A stretch of DNA of 64,000 bases from Octopus sinensis. Taxonomy: Eukaryota. Positions 42,271-55,392 of the stretch are shown one piece after another. The DNA lies in contig NC_043006.1 of NCBI RefSeq assembly GCF_006345805.1, positions 13,702,001 through 13,766,000 of the forward strand, in the 5' to 3' direction. The translations under genes were made by a program, and so were the position numbers. The notes below the pieces were generated by a model. That model was given only the letters and a program-made list of their open reading frames with translations, had not been told where the DNA came from and searched no databases. Position 1 is the stretch's first letter. Each line of letters starts with the position of its first letter.

Positions 42271-42849
42271 ATATATATATATATATATATAACCTGACAT
42301 AAAACATAAACATATTGATACGTATATATATATAGATATATACTGGAAACATAGACAAGTGAATTTATTTATAAGCATTATTTATGCATGCGTATATTCA
42401 TTTTAAATTGTGGCACAAAGCCAGCAATTTAGGGGGACTGGGGGTAGTCGATTACATTGACCTCAGTACTCATCTGGTGCGTATTTTATCGACCCCGACA
42501 AAATGAAACGCGAAATCCACCTCAGCGGAATTTGAACTCAGAGCGTAAATACGAATGAAATTATTGTTATCAGAAATGGGGTTAGCTGGCGGAATCATTA
42601 ACATTTCGAATAAAATGTTTAGCGGCATTTCGTCCATCTTTAACATGCTGAGTTCAAGGTCCACCGTGGTCGATATAATCGAATTTCCCCTCCCCTCAAA
42701 AACTGCTGTCCCTGTGCCAAAATTTGAAGTTATTGATTTTATCTTCTTCCTTCAGTTATGTTTCCAGCCTTTGCCGAATATCTTTCCAAACGCTTACGTC
42801 AATGAATGTCACTGCGAACATTGATATGCCATTGGAATAAACGCACCAG

Positions 42850-43085
42850 ATTTTTCATTTACAATTTATGTAAGCCAAAAATTTTTGCATGGAATGTTGT
42901 CGTTCTTAAAGCAATAGCGTTTTTCTCAATACGTGTGACGTGCCGGTGAAAACAATCTTCTGCACTTCTTGCAAAGATGGTAAGCCAGGGATCATTCTCA
43001 AATAACTGTCGGTTCTTTTTTTTTATCATTCCCAGTGCTCCTACAATCACTGCTATTGTAACCGCCTTGAGATGACACAAGTTTT
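42850..43085 (-). mobile_element. R4/Dong-like RLE retrotransposon 3' fragment
   Basis: HLKAVTIAVIVGALGMIKK motif. Homologous to 59715-59900. Confidence 0.7.
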
Positions 43086-43218
43086 CGATTAATATGAGCG
43101 AATCTTCGTATTTTTTTTACCTTGTCAAATTCTTTAGCTGCAAATTATGTTCACAGGCGATGCTTATAACAATTGCCAAATTCATTTTCCGGAATATTAT
43201 AATCACAAGGAAAAATCA

Positions 43219-43229
43219 TCATATTCGTC

Positions 43230-43275
<46 letters not shown>

Positions 43276-43327
43276 ACATCATCGTCGTCGTCATCATCAT
43301 CGCCATCATCGTCATCATCATCGTCAT
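43219..43327. repeat. (CAT)n microsatellite
   Basis: Directly visible. Confidence 0.95.
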
Positions 43328-44229
43328 AAATTATTGTGGTTGATGCAATCGACTAAACCACTTCACCCTAAAATTACTGCTCTTATTCCAAAATTTCAAA
43401 TCGCTATTAAACGCGACGAGCTGGCAAACTCATTAGCACGCTGGACAAAGTACCCAACATTGTTTCTTCCGGCTTTAACTTCTAAGTTCAAATTCGGCTG
43501 AGGTCACTTTGTCTCTCATTCGTTAGAGATCGATAAAATTTTACTAGTTGAAATAACCCCCCCCCCCACAAAATTTCAGGCCTTGTACCTATAGTAGAAA
43601 GGATTGTTATCATCATTTGCTTCTATTGGATATTTCGGCTTCTTCAAGGTTCGTTGTTTTCCTTGGAAATTCTTTGTTTTATAAGCAATTTCTCATGCAA
43701 TGCTTAAGGCCCCCTACTTCCATGTATGCAGAGGGAGGTAGCAAAAATTAAGCCGTGTAGGATATGATTTTCTGATAAAACTTTAACCAGCTTGTTATTT
43801 TGAATGTTTAACATCGCGGTGTTACAAAAACATACACTATGTCATGTTGACAAATGTAAATAAAAACACGTGCTTTGTAAGTAACAGTCGTGTGTTCTTT
43901 TAACGAAAGATCACCCCCGCCCAAAAGTTTTGTGAAGATCAATGACGTGTGCACGAAATCTTGTTGTGTAAATTTTGCGTGGACATATCGATCCTGTCTT
44001 AAGACGTCGAATTCATGTTCATATCCAATAGTTAGCTGTCAAGAGAAACCTTCTATGGCTTTTATTTTTCACGTTAAAGTCTGCTCGTTATTGTCTCATT
44101 AAATTTGTTCTCACTTGCGTAAAAACAAATTCTTGCACGGAGACATTTGGTTCCGTGATAGAGTATGTTATGAGAGTTAGACACATCTAATTTAAGTACC
44201 ATATTCATTTGAATCTAAATTTTTCTGAA

Positions 44230-44291
<62 letters not shown>

Positions 44292-44343
44292 TATTCGAGA
44301 CAAAACCACTATTTTGCAAAACAAACAATAAATATAAATAAAT

Positions 44344-44506
44344 ATAAATATAAGAGAGTAACTACTATGTGGTCGACTCTAGCACTAAAAATAGATCCGC
44401 TAGGTTTCTTTAACTTTCATCGGAAACAATTCTTTGTGGCTGAAACCTAGCGGATCTATTTTTAGTGCTAGAGTCGACCACATAGTGGTTACTCTCTTAT
44501 ATTTAT
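44344..44506. repeat. Fold-back inverted repeat (65-bp arms, 33-nt spacer)
   Basis: Arms 44344-44408 and 44442-44506, one mismatch. Confidence 0.92.
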
Positions 44507-44607
44507 GTATAAAATTTATTGTATTCCGGGTTTTATGCACTAAGCCACTTGGTGTTAAATGGATGTACTATTATATTAGTATCCTATTTTCTCACCCTTA
44601 CTAGTTG

Positions 44608-44648
<41 letters not shown>

Positions 44649-44763
44649 GGTTTGGAGATGATGTCGAGGTATTTTATATTAGAAGAAATGAAGTACTCAT
44701 AAATTCGGCTGGTTTTATATTTACAGATATTTATTTCTACATGACATGTTTTGTATATTACAG

Positions 44764-44825
<62 letters not shown>

Positions 44826-45278
44826 ATGGTTTCCTCTTATTAAGGATAACGAGCACATCATTAAATATTAATAACTATCGACGAATGGAGACTCGCTGAT
44901 GTCTATCGTATGCTTTTCGAAGAAACATGAATTGAATCTATATAAATTTCATCATTGAGAATCTATTATATACGAATATCATTATTTAAAGAGTCTAGTT
45001 TATATGAACATAGTCATTAACGCTGATATCTTACGATGCCATGCCTATAGCGTTATGAGATTTTCCTCCAACCCACGTTGTTCGTGGTTCGATTCCGCAA
45101 CACGGCACATAGGTCAGGACAATTTTTTTTCTACCATTAAATTGGTTTTCTAAAATATTGTGAGTGGAGTGTGGAGTGTAATGGACTGGAATGTGTATGT
45201 AAGCTTGCCACAAATAGAGATAAAGTGTTTCGCATATACACATACATACATACATGCATACATACATACATACATACA

Positions 45279-45311
<33 letters not shown>

Positions 45312-45337
45312 GCATAATACATAAATATATATGTATG

Positions 45338-45434
<97 letters not shown>

Positions 45435-45957
45435 ACAACTTATAAATAAGGGCAAACGAAAAAATTTCTAATGCCAAATATGCCGAAAGTTGGACATATT
45501 GTCCATTACCATATAATTTTTCACAATACGCACGCTACTCGAAAAAAAGCTGACAGAAATTTCGAAAACTAATTCCATTATTACCATATCAGACAGATTT
45601 CAGGGTTAGTTCGTAAGAACCCTCCCTTCGTCAGTGATAACTGTGGCAAAGAAATGAATGAAATACTTACTTATACCCATGGAAGAAGCAAAACACTAAG
45701 TCATGAGCATATATATAAGTCATATATATATAATATAAATAATATATATAATACATATAATATTATGCATATATGTATGTATGTATGTATTTATGAAAGC
45801 TGTCACACACTAGAAAGAAACGTCTTCCAAAAACGGTGGTGACCTCCTGATAGAGAATTTACGACTTGTTTTTTAATAATAGATTTTATTAAAGAAATAT
45901 TTTTTATACGCACACACACATACACGCATACTTGCATATATATATATATATATATAT

Positions 45958-46020
<63 letters not shown>

Positions 46021-46023
<3 letters not shown>

Positions 46024-46438
46024 CGCAGGAGTGGCTGTGTGGTAAGTAGCTTGCTAACCAACCACATGGTTCCGGGTTCAGTCCCACTGCGTGGCATCTT
46101 GGGCAAGTGTCTTCTGCTATAGCACCGGGCCGACCAATGCCTTGTGAGTGGATTTGGTAGATGGAAACTGAAAGAAGCCTGTCGTATATATGTATATAGA
46201 TATATGTATGTGTGTGTATATGTTTGTGTGTCTGTGTTTGTCCCTCTAGCATTGCTTGACAACCGATGCTGGTGTGTTTACGTCCCCGTCACTTAGCGGT
46301 TCGGCAAAAAGAGACCGATGGAATAAGTACTGGGCTTACAAAAAGAATAATTCCCGGGGTCGAGTTGCTCGACTAAAGGCGTTGCTCCAGCATGGCCGCA
46401 GTCAAATGACTGAAACAAGTAAAAGAGTAAAAGAGTAT
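46021..46438 (+). mobile_element. SINE family A
   Basis: As the other A copies. Confidence 0.9.
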
Positions 46439-46757
46439 AGTAAAGTATATTTGCCAACATAATGTGACAGTCCTATAAAAGGGCGATGTTACTATTATTT
46501 AACCCCAGGAAAATATGTTGGCTACCTGGGGCTAAATAACAGCAACATCGTCTTTGTATAGGACTGCCACATTATCTTGGCAAAGAAACTTTATTATACG
46601 CTACGGTACTGTTTCTGTGTAACTCCCGCTCAAAGATTTAAAACCAGTTGTTTTTCTCTTTATATACACATACACACACACTCACATACATACATACTTA
46701 TATATGTACACACACACACACACACACCTTTTTTATTTATTATGTTTTACCTGTTTC

Positions 46758-47155
46758 AGCCTTTTACCTGTTTCAGTCATTAGACTGCGGTCATATTGAG
46801 GCACTGCCTTGAATTTTTAGTCGAATGAATTGACACCAGTACTTATTTTTAAGCCTTGTACTTATTCTATCGGTATTTTTTGCCAAATTGCTAGGTTACG
46901 GGGACCTAAAAGCACTAACACATGTTGTCAATTAATGCTGTGGGCGACAAACACAGACACACACACATAGAGATATACGTACATATATATATACGACGGA
47001 CATCTTTCAGTCTCCGTCTGCCAAATCCACTAACAAGGCTTTTATCGGTCCGAGGCTATAGTAGAAGACATTTGCCTAAGTTGCCACGCGGTGGAACTGA
47101 ACGCGGAAACACGTGGTTTGGAAGCAAGCTCCTTACCACACAGCCACTCCTGCGC
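46758..47155 (-). mobile_element. SINE family A, older/diverged
   Basis: Diverged head and tail. Confidence 0.8.
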
Positions 47156-47236
47156 GACCCCTACATATATTTTTAAACTTGGTGATGGTCATAGTTAAAC
47201 ACATGTACTATATATATATGTCGTCTTCCTTTCAGC

Positions 47237-47642
47237 TTTATAACCTCCACCAAGGAAGGAGGATATGTTTTCATCGGCGTTGATTTCTCCGTCTGTCCGT
47301 TTGTGCACAAAATAACTCAAAAAGTTGTTAACGGTATTTGATGAAACTTGCAGATAAAGTTGGTGCTGACACAAGGAACAGATGATAAAATTTTGGTAGT
47401 GATCCGGGAATGTTTATGGATTCTTGAAGGATTTTTCATTTGTTATATTTACTTTACATGAAGTATTATAATGTTACGTTCTTTGATTATTTCCCTTGAA
47501 GACACGTTCAAGTTTGCACGTAACCTACGGTGGCGTTGCTGTTTCCAAAGTTTATTTTCGTTTCTCTATTAGTAATTTTACCCGCGTGTCTATCTTAAAA
47601 TAAGCTTGGCGGAGGTCTGCGCTCTCCGAGTGCTTTTCTAAT
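47237..47642 (+). mobile_element. Non-autonomous Helentron/HINE-like element
   Basis: Subterminal IRs ACCTCCACCAAG (47243-47254) and CTTGGCGGAGGT (47605-47616), 3' hairpin GCGCTC-TCC-GAGTGC (47619-47633), TT-rich ends. Confidence 0.75.
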
Positions 47643-48138
47643 TATTATTATTTTAGTTCCTTTGTCAAAGTTATTTCGTCACACATTTATATGTGTGTTT
47701 GTGTGTGTGTGTGTGTGTGTGTATGCACGTGATACATGAATACATAAAACTTATGTATTGCCGAACTGGCAAATTAATAAAATATAGGCATACAATATTA
47801 GATATGTACATATATACACAAAAGTACTACAAAGGTACTACATGAGTACCTATATCGCTCAAAAATAGAAGTCGAAAACGATTCTCCATCCCACGTGTCT
47901 CCTCTTGTTCAGTTTATTCCATTTTGTCTTTCATTGTGAATTATGCAACCACTATCTCCTAGGAACAAAAGTCCTAGCTAATCGTTTCCCTGACGGTTTG
48001 AATTATTTGAGTTAGACTTCAAGATCTGATGTAGATACGAAATTTAAGTTTTTCCTGTCGAATCCATTTAACTGCCTTGTCACAAGTTAGCATGGATTTA
48101 ATTCCATTTCTTTTGAATCCATATTTTCAGTAATATGT

Positions 48139-48179
<41 letters not shown>

Positions 48180-49120
48180 ATGTATTCGAAAAGACCGCAT
48201 AACTCGATAACCCGTGGTCCAATTTAAGCAAAATTTGTTTCATTCCGTTAATATTCACATTTCAATGTTACCGCGTGGCGTATAGATAAATCAGTGCAGG
48301 CAGGGGAAGCTATAGCAGCGTCCATACACTCACACACACACACTCACACGCATATCCGCACATACCCATAAACATTAATACACTCTCATATAATGTGTCC
48401 GGGAACATTCGCACATACATATATACATACTTAAATATATATCTGCGCACTCACACATATAAGAAAAACCTATACATATATCCACCCATGAATAAATATT
48501 CGCATATACATATACACATATCTAAATACGCACCTGCGTACTCATATGTCCAAGAAAAACATACACCCGTATATCCACCCATGAACATACATATACATAC
48601 AAAAGCATACATACACATACATACACATATGCACACACCTCGACACCTCCGCCTACATTCACTAAATCACAAAATATATGTCTGCCCATCAAAAGACGTA
48701 TATATACATACATAATAAGTAAACAGAAGTTACTATTAATTAAGATATAAGTACATTAATTATAAGTACATTAATTATAAATTATAAATTAAATGGTATT
48801 GGCAATGATAATGATGCTAGCTTTAATGACACTTTAGAAATTAGTAAGAATTAATATAATGTACTATTGACTCTGTATATCTGCATTTAGGTATTAATAT
48901 GTGTATGTTTATTATCACAATATTAAGTTGAAAAACTGTAACATTGAATGTGGAACATATGTATGTTTACTAATTTATATTATTTATATCATTATATATA
49001 AGTATATATTTATATGTATAGGAGTGTGAGTATATGCACTCATATGTATATGTATATGTTGTATTATGGGTATGTACCCACACCCATATGGGTATATACG
49101 TAGACTGATTTATTCACATA

Positions 49121-49247
49121 ATCTCCGAAGAGGCCTTATGATATTTTTTTTAATGTCTCATTTATAACTACATATTGTCCTACCATAAAAGACTAATATA
49201 AGTAAAATGAGACATACTTATCTACATGGCCGAAACAGCTGTAAGAT
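49121..49247 (+). ncRNA. Hammerhead with long stem II (U4C variant)
   Basis: ATCT-CCGAAGA-GGCC...GGCC-GAAA-CAGCTG-TA-AGAT. Confidence 0.6.
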
Positions 49248-49663
49248 GTAATCTATATTTATATTTATATTTACTTATATTTATATTCTCTTATATATAT
49301 TCTACTTATTGTATAACATTACTCTTTTATGTACACTTTTTTATGTACACTCCTTTATGTACACTGTTTTGTTCTACTTTTTTATGTTTAACCCTATAGT
49401 TTCTTATGTGGTGGTTTAATAAAGTTTGTGATTGAGTACTATCTGGTAATTTATATTTGATTTAGATGTATTTCTCCATTTTCTTATTTTGTATTATGAA
49501 TTTGTGGTAAAACATTTTACCTTTGCCCATATAATACAGTAAATGAATTGATTGCATCGCAATCCTTAACATTTATGTATTATCCTTGTTGGGTACTTCA
49601 CTAGCAGTATATTGGATATATGTTATCCCATGGAGGGTTGCATTTACAACCCCTATCTCAATT

Positions 49664-49670
<7 letters not shown>
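49121..49670 (+). mobile_element. Penelope-like terminal segment, paralog of 13637-14165
   Basis: Collinear similarity, e.g. GGTAAAACATTTTACCTTTGCC shared exactly. Confidence 0.65.
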
Positions 49671-49698
<28 letters not shown>

Positions 49699-49903
49699 TA
49701 TGTATAGGGATGATATTATTAAAATACCATCACGAGTGGTAAGCGAATTATCAGCCGAACTGGCAAATTAATAAAATATAGGCATACAATATTAGATATG
49801 TACATATATACACAAAGGTACTACATGAGTACCTATATCGCCCAAAAATAGAAGTCGAAAAATACTTCTATACCACCGAATAGTCACAAATCTATATATA
49901 TTT

Positions 49904-49937
<34 letters not shown>

Positions 49938-50010
49938 TGTATGTATGTATGTATATACATATAGGAATGTAGACTGATAAACATATCTGTACAAATATAC
50001 ACATACATAC

Positions 50011-50105
<95 letters not shown>

Positions 50106-50704
50106 ATCAATTTCAGCGAATTTTGTAGACAATAGTATTCATTTATATATATAATTTGTTTTTTATTTCATGAAGCCCTTGCTTTTTGGTCTATTTGAGA
50201 AACAAAGGAGAGATTGAATTTTAAGAGGCGTATTCACTCCCATCCATTTAGCCGCTTTGCTGCAAATTAACGCAGCTTTTTTTTCAATTTCCTCGGAATT
50301 TAGAGACTTCAGACTTCCTTATCTGAAGCTTTTCCATGTATGGGCAATGCGAATATGTGTATAAACAGACGGAATGTGTAATTTCGAATTCTTATTCCTT
50401 AGCAACTGTATCCATCGTAGCCGCAGGATATAACAATATTATACAAGGAACTGTTGGAAGGTAGTCATTATTCAGACAAAAATAGTACAAATATTAAATT
50501 ATTAAGTTGGATCAAACACAATCTCCTGCTATTTTGTGTCAAGCCCCCGCGGGTACAATCTTGTTATACGACATTATATTAGCTGAGGCGTAGTAATTCA
50601 GCTGGAGGAGAAATTATATATTAATGCAGTGATAAAAATGTATTTCACGATGCATTCATTCTTTCCTTTGTTTTGGTTCTTTGATGAGTAGTATTAACAT
50701 GAAT

Positions 50705-50945
50705 GTGGGGGAATCGTGGCTTAGTGGTTAGGGTGTTGGGCTCGTGATGTTATGATTGTGATTTCGATTCCTGAACCGAATGACGTGTTGTGTACTTGAA
50801 CAAAACACTTCATTTTACGTTGCTGCAGTCCACTCAGCTGGCAAAAATGAGTAATCCCGTGACGGACAGGCATCCTGTCCAGGGGTAAATGTATACACCA
50901 CGGAAACCAGGAAACAGCCGTCAAGGGTCTATATGGCTCGGGAAG
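50705..50945 (+). mobile_element. SINE (head B + tail Y), diverged
   Basis: CGTGGCTTAGTGGTTAGGG head with GACGGACAGGCATCCTGTCCAGG tail. Confidence 0.75.
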
Positions 50946-51017
50946 GAGTTTTATCCTTATCCTGTCATCATGGATTATTGAAATCGTATATCTGTTTTTA
51001 ATAATAGTAATAAAAAT

Positions 51018-51268
51018 AAATGCGCCCTTTTAAAGCCTAGCCAGACTCATAGGCTCGGCTTCCCGGTTTCTATGGCGTATGTGTTCCCCAGCTGGACGGG
51101 ACGCCAGTCCAGCGCAGCGTTACTCATTTTTGCCAGCTGAGTGGACTGGAGCAACGTGAAATGAAGTGTTTTGCTCACGAACACAACGCTTCGCCCAGTC
51201 CAGGAATCGAAACCACAATCTTACGATCATGATGCTGACACCCTAACCACTAAGCCACGCGCCTCCAC
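51018..51268 (-). mobile_element. SINE (head B + tail Y)
   Basis: Head B joined to the GACTGGCGTCCCGTCCAG tail. Confidence 0.85.
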
Positions 51269-51415
51269 TCTTTTTAATACCAGCCAATATAGATGATCGT
51301 TAGCTGGTATGTTGATTGGTTGGTTGAGAGAGGGCAAAGAACAGAATAACAGATAAAAACATAGAGACTTAATACCAGAGGCACAGGATGTGTGTATAAC
51401 TAGTTTGGTGCCCTA

Positions 51416-51631
51416 CCCTTTAGATGCCAGCCCGCCTGAACCCGACCTTGATGCTATGATACAAATTCTCATTTTAATGTAATCTAAATTAAAATTTCCA
51501 TTAAAATTTCCCGTTAATTTATGTTCCAAACCACGTAATATCAGTTATTTGAAAAATGTTTTTTATTATTATTTTCAAAATTAATCGAAAAAAGGGTAGT
51601 GTATTTCAACAGAAATATAATAATAAAAGGG
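51416..51631 (+). mobile_element. piggyBac-like MITE
   Basis: CCCTTT...AAAGGG ends with TTAA on the right only. Confidence 0.4.
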
Positions 51632-52090
51632 TTAAACCTTCTGAAAAATACACATGTTTCAATAAAATTTTTCAGAGAAAGTTTTTTTGATAGAGTAGAT
51701 GGTAATTATGTTGTGAAGATTTAGAAAAAAATAACATAAAAATGAAAATGGATGAATGAGAAATTATCTCTATTCAACCTTATTTAAAGGTAATAAATAT
51801 TTTCCTTTTTTAGTATTCATTTTATCATTTAGCATCAGTAATGGTTTACGGCAACGATGTAGATAAGTTCTTATAAGTACTGAGTTGATTCAAACGCTTC
51901 AATAAACACAACATAATTTTTTCCAATAAACCTGTTATGAAATCTACTCCAACAGATGGTTTGCTGTAAACTTTTCGAAAATTTAATGAAATCATAGGTA
52001 AGCTCTACGTTGCGTTTTGTAATTGTATATGTAGGGGAGTATTCATGTATGTAAATGCGTATTATATGTGCGTGTGTGTAAGTATGTTAT

Positions 52091-52472
52091 GGAAGCACTC
52101 CGTCGGTTACGACGACGAGGGTTCCGGTTGATCAGAATCAACGGAACAGCCTGCTCGTGAAATTAACGTGTAAGTGGCTGAGCACTCCACAGACACGTGT
52201 ACCCTTAACGTAGTTCTCGGGGATATTCAGCGTGACACAGAGAGTGACAAGGCCGGCCCTTTTGAAATACAGGTACAACAGAAACAGGAAGTAAGAGTGA
52301 GAGAAAGTTGTGGTGAAAGAGAACAGCAGGTATCACCACCATCCCCTGCCGGAGCCTCGTGGAGCTTTAGGTGTTTTCGCTCAATAAGCACTCACAACGC
52401 CCGGTCTGGGAATCGAAACCGCGATCCTACGACCGCGAGTCCGCTGCCCTAACCACTGGGCCATTGCGCCTC
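52091..52472 (-). mobile_element. SINE (head C + tail X)
   Basis: As 27608-27980. Confidence 0.88.
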
Positions 52473-52912
52473 AGCATTTCGCCCGGCGTGCTAACATTTT
52501 TGATTTTTTTTATTGCCCACAAGGGGCTAAACATAGAGGGGACAAACATGAACAGACAAAGGGATTAAGTCGATTACATCGACCCTAGTGCGTAACTGGT
52601 ACTTAATTTATCGACTCCGAGAGGATGAAAGGCAAAGTCGACCTCGGCGGAATTTGAACTCAGAACGTAGCGGCAGAGGAAATACCTACTTCTTTATTAC
52701 CCACAAGGGGCTAAACACAGAGGGGACAAACAAGGACAGACAAAGGGATTAAGTCGATTACATCGACCCTAGTGCGTAACTGGTACTTAATTTATCGACT
52801 CCGAGAGGATGAAAGGCAAAGTCGACCTCGGCGGAATTTGAACTCAGAACGTAGCGGCAGACGAAATACCGGTAAGCATTTCACCCGGCGTGCTAACGTT
52901 TCTGCCAGCTCA
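52473..52912 (-). repeat. SINE family D with two tandem 184-bp units
   Basis: CCCACAAGGGGC at 52516 and 52700. Confidence 0.88.
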
Positions 52913-53463
52913 TTGCGCGACTCTAGATATTAACGTATATATTCATTCTCAATGCGTTCTGGCAAATTCGACCGGGATGTGCTGATTGATGTTGTTTCTT
53001 GTCGTCGGAAACATTCACTCACTTTTTCTGGTGTCTTTTCATGATATACACGATTCGTTAATGTATGGGCACTGATTTCACGACATTACTGCGTGTGTCT
53101 TCAATTAAATCTGTCCTACACTCGATCGATAAATCTAATAAGACTGGCTCTAATTTATCGACATCAGCAAAAGAAAAGTTTCGCTGGTGCATACTGATGA
53201 CTTCCTAACTTCTTTTGCTCATTTTTATAAATATGAACCTATACTTTTGTTAGATTAATTGGACTGGGGATAGGTTTTCCTGAAGAGACACCTTATAATA
53301 TGTATCTCAAAATTCCTTTACATCAATCAATCGCATGTGCTGTGAACGCACATTGCCTTAAATGAGATGTTCTCTAATGACAAAAAACAACCATGAACAG
53401 CATATTCTGAAACAGCGTACTGGGAATGGATAGATACGTTACACTTTGTGTGTGTGTGTGTGT

Positions 53464-53525
<62 letters not shown>

Positions 53526-53537
53526 TGTGTGTGTTAT

Positions 53538-53985
53538 GGCAGCGAGCCGGCAGAATATTTAGCACGCCGTGCGAAATGTTTAGTGGCATTTCGTCTGCCG
53601 CTACGTTCTGAGTTCAAATTCCACCGAGTTCGACTTTGCCTTTCATCCTTTCGGGGTCGATTAAATAAGTACCAGTTAAGCACTGGGGTCAATGTAATCG
53701 ACTTAATCCGTTTGTCTGACCTTGTTTGTCCCCTCTATGTTTAGCCCCTTGTGGGCAATAAAGAAATAAGAATATTTAGCAGGCCGAGCAAAATAATTAG
53801 CAACATTTCGACCGTCTTTACTTTTGACGTTCTGAGTTCAAATTCCGCCGAGGTCTACTTTGCTTTTTATCCTTTCAGAGTCGATAAAAAGAAGCACCAG
53901 TTGAGCCCTGTGGTTTACATAATCGACAAACTACTTCCCAGAAAATTTCAGGCCTTGTACCGCATCACAAAAAATATTATATATA
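53538..53985 (+). mobile_element. Two consecutive SINE family D copies
   Basis: Full copy then a diverged second copy. Confidence 0.8.
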
Positions 53986-54095
53986 TATTACATATATTTA
54001 TTTATCACACGAGACATCTCTAAACCGTGGGATGCTCCTGAACCAATTGTTAAGTATCCTACCCATGAGGTATCGATTCTAGGTGGGTCGAAACT

Positions 54096-54146
<51 letters not shown>

Positions 54147-54184
54147 TAAGAAAGTTGGTATGTGAAAGCACGTGGTTGAATATA

Positions 54185-54327
54185 TAGAAAATAGTAAAAA
54201 GTGAAAAAACTACAGAAGGCTTGTTTTAAAAGGTTAAAAAATATATATTTGAGTCAATATGTTTGAAGAATTTTTTTACCTTTTAAAACAAGCCTTCTGT
54301 AGTTTTTTCACTTTTTACTATTTTCTA
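54185..54327. repeat. Fold-back inverted repeat (50-bp perfect arms, 43-nt spacer)
   Basis: Arms 54185-54234 and 54278-54327. Confidence 0.92.
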
Positions 54328-54530
54328 CATATATATATATATATATATCCATGTACATATATATATATATGTATGTATGTATGTATGTATATATATAGGT
54401 TAGATAAATATGATTGTGACATATTTCAACTGTTAAAAGGCAAATTCCCTGCAGTTATGGAGAAAATATCTCTCTTATGGTCAAAAGGTGTGAAAACATC
54501 TGATTTGTTCAATGTTACTATCTATCAGGA

Positions 54531-54576
54531 ATCCAAGACATCGATGTTTCGGGGGTTCGACTCTTGTCAATGGGAT
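54531..54576 (-). ncRNA. Hammerhead-like motif, U3-A8 variant, GUC site
   Basis: ATCCCA-TTGACAA-GAGTCGAACCCCC-GAAA-CATCGATG-TC-TTGGAT read on minus. Confidence 0.55.
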
Positions 54577-55091
54577 GTACCTAAGTGAGGCAACTCTGAA
54601 CAAACTTATAAAGCAATGGCTTTACGTGAAATTCTGTCAACAACGTTGACTGATTTGCGCTGGTAGATCGCTCGATTGAGGAAAATAATGAAATACATAT
54701 ACACCAGTACACGGACGGAGAGGTGGATGGATGGATGGATGGATGGATGGACGGACGGATGGATGGATGGATGGACGGATGGACGGATGGACGGATGGAT
54801 GGAGCTAAGTGCAGGCTAATACGTTTGATGTGGAGAACCGAACGTTATATTTAAATGGCTGAAATTATAACTGCATCCATATCATTCGCGTATGAAGAAA
54901 GGCAATAAAAATATTCTTTGTCGGTTTGTCAAAGGTGTGAAATATCACCTCCGAAAATATTAAACAATTAAAAATATATTTTTAAGTATGCAGCAGCTTT
55001 GTAGGAGAGTGGATCTGAAAATATGAAGAGGTTGGCTATATTCTATACTATGTGATTATCCCAGTAAATATAGATAAATAGATTGATGTAA

Positions 55092-55139
<48 letters not shown>

Positions 55140-55392
55140 ATATATATATATATGTTGATATATACAGACATACATATATATATATAACAAAGTTTAGTTG
55201 TAGGGTAATGCACGAGTGGCATTATATACAAAAGAAGATTTGAAAATGCAATTTTAAAAGATGTTTATTTACTTTACCGGTGAAATTTATAATTTAAAAA
55301 TAGGATAAAATTTTCATAAGAAATTATCAAATATTTAGCGTGAAAAACCTCATAAGAGAAAAAATCTGTAAATTTTTTCACTTGAAAATATT

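Noticed and set aside
45037-45107. tRNA-like sequence with acceptor stem and GTTCGATTCC
   Set aside because: There is no anticodon stem and the T-arm register is off by one. It resembles a diverged SINE-A head, so it was not called a tRNA gene.
52940-53215. Short protein-like frames and a GTGAGT donor on minus
   Set aside because: All three frames are closed within the putative exon.
54398-54588. Protein-like open frame (YDCDIFQLLKGKF...) antisense to the hammerhead motif
   Set aside because: No recognisable domain and no convincing splice acceptor; probably part of a repeat.
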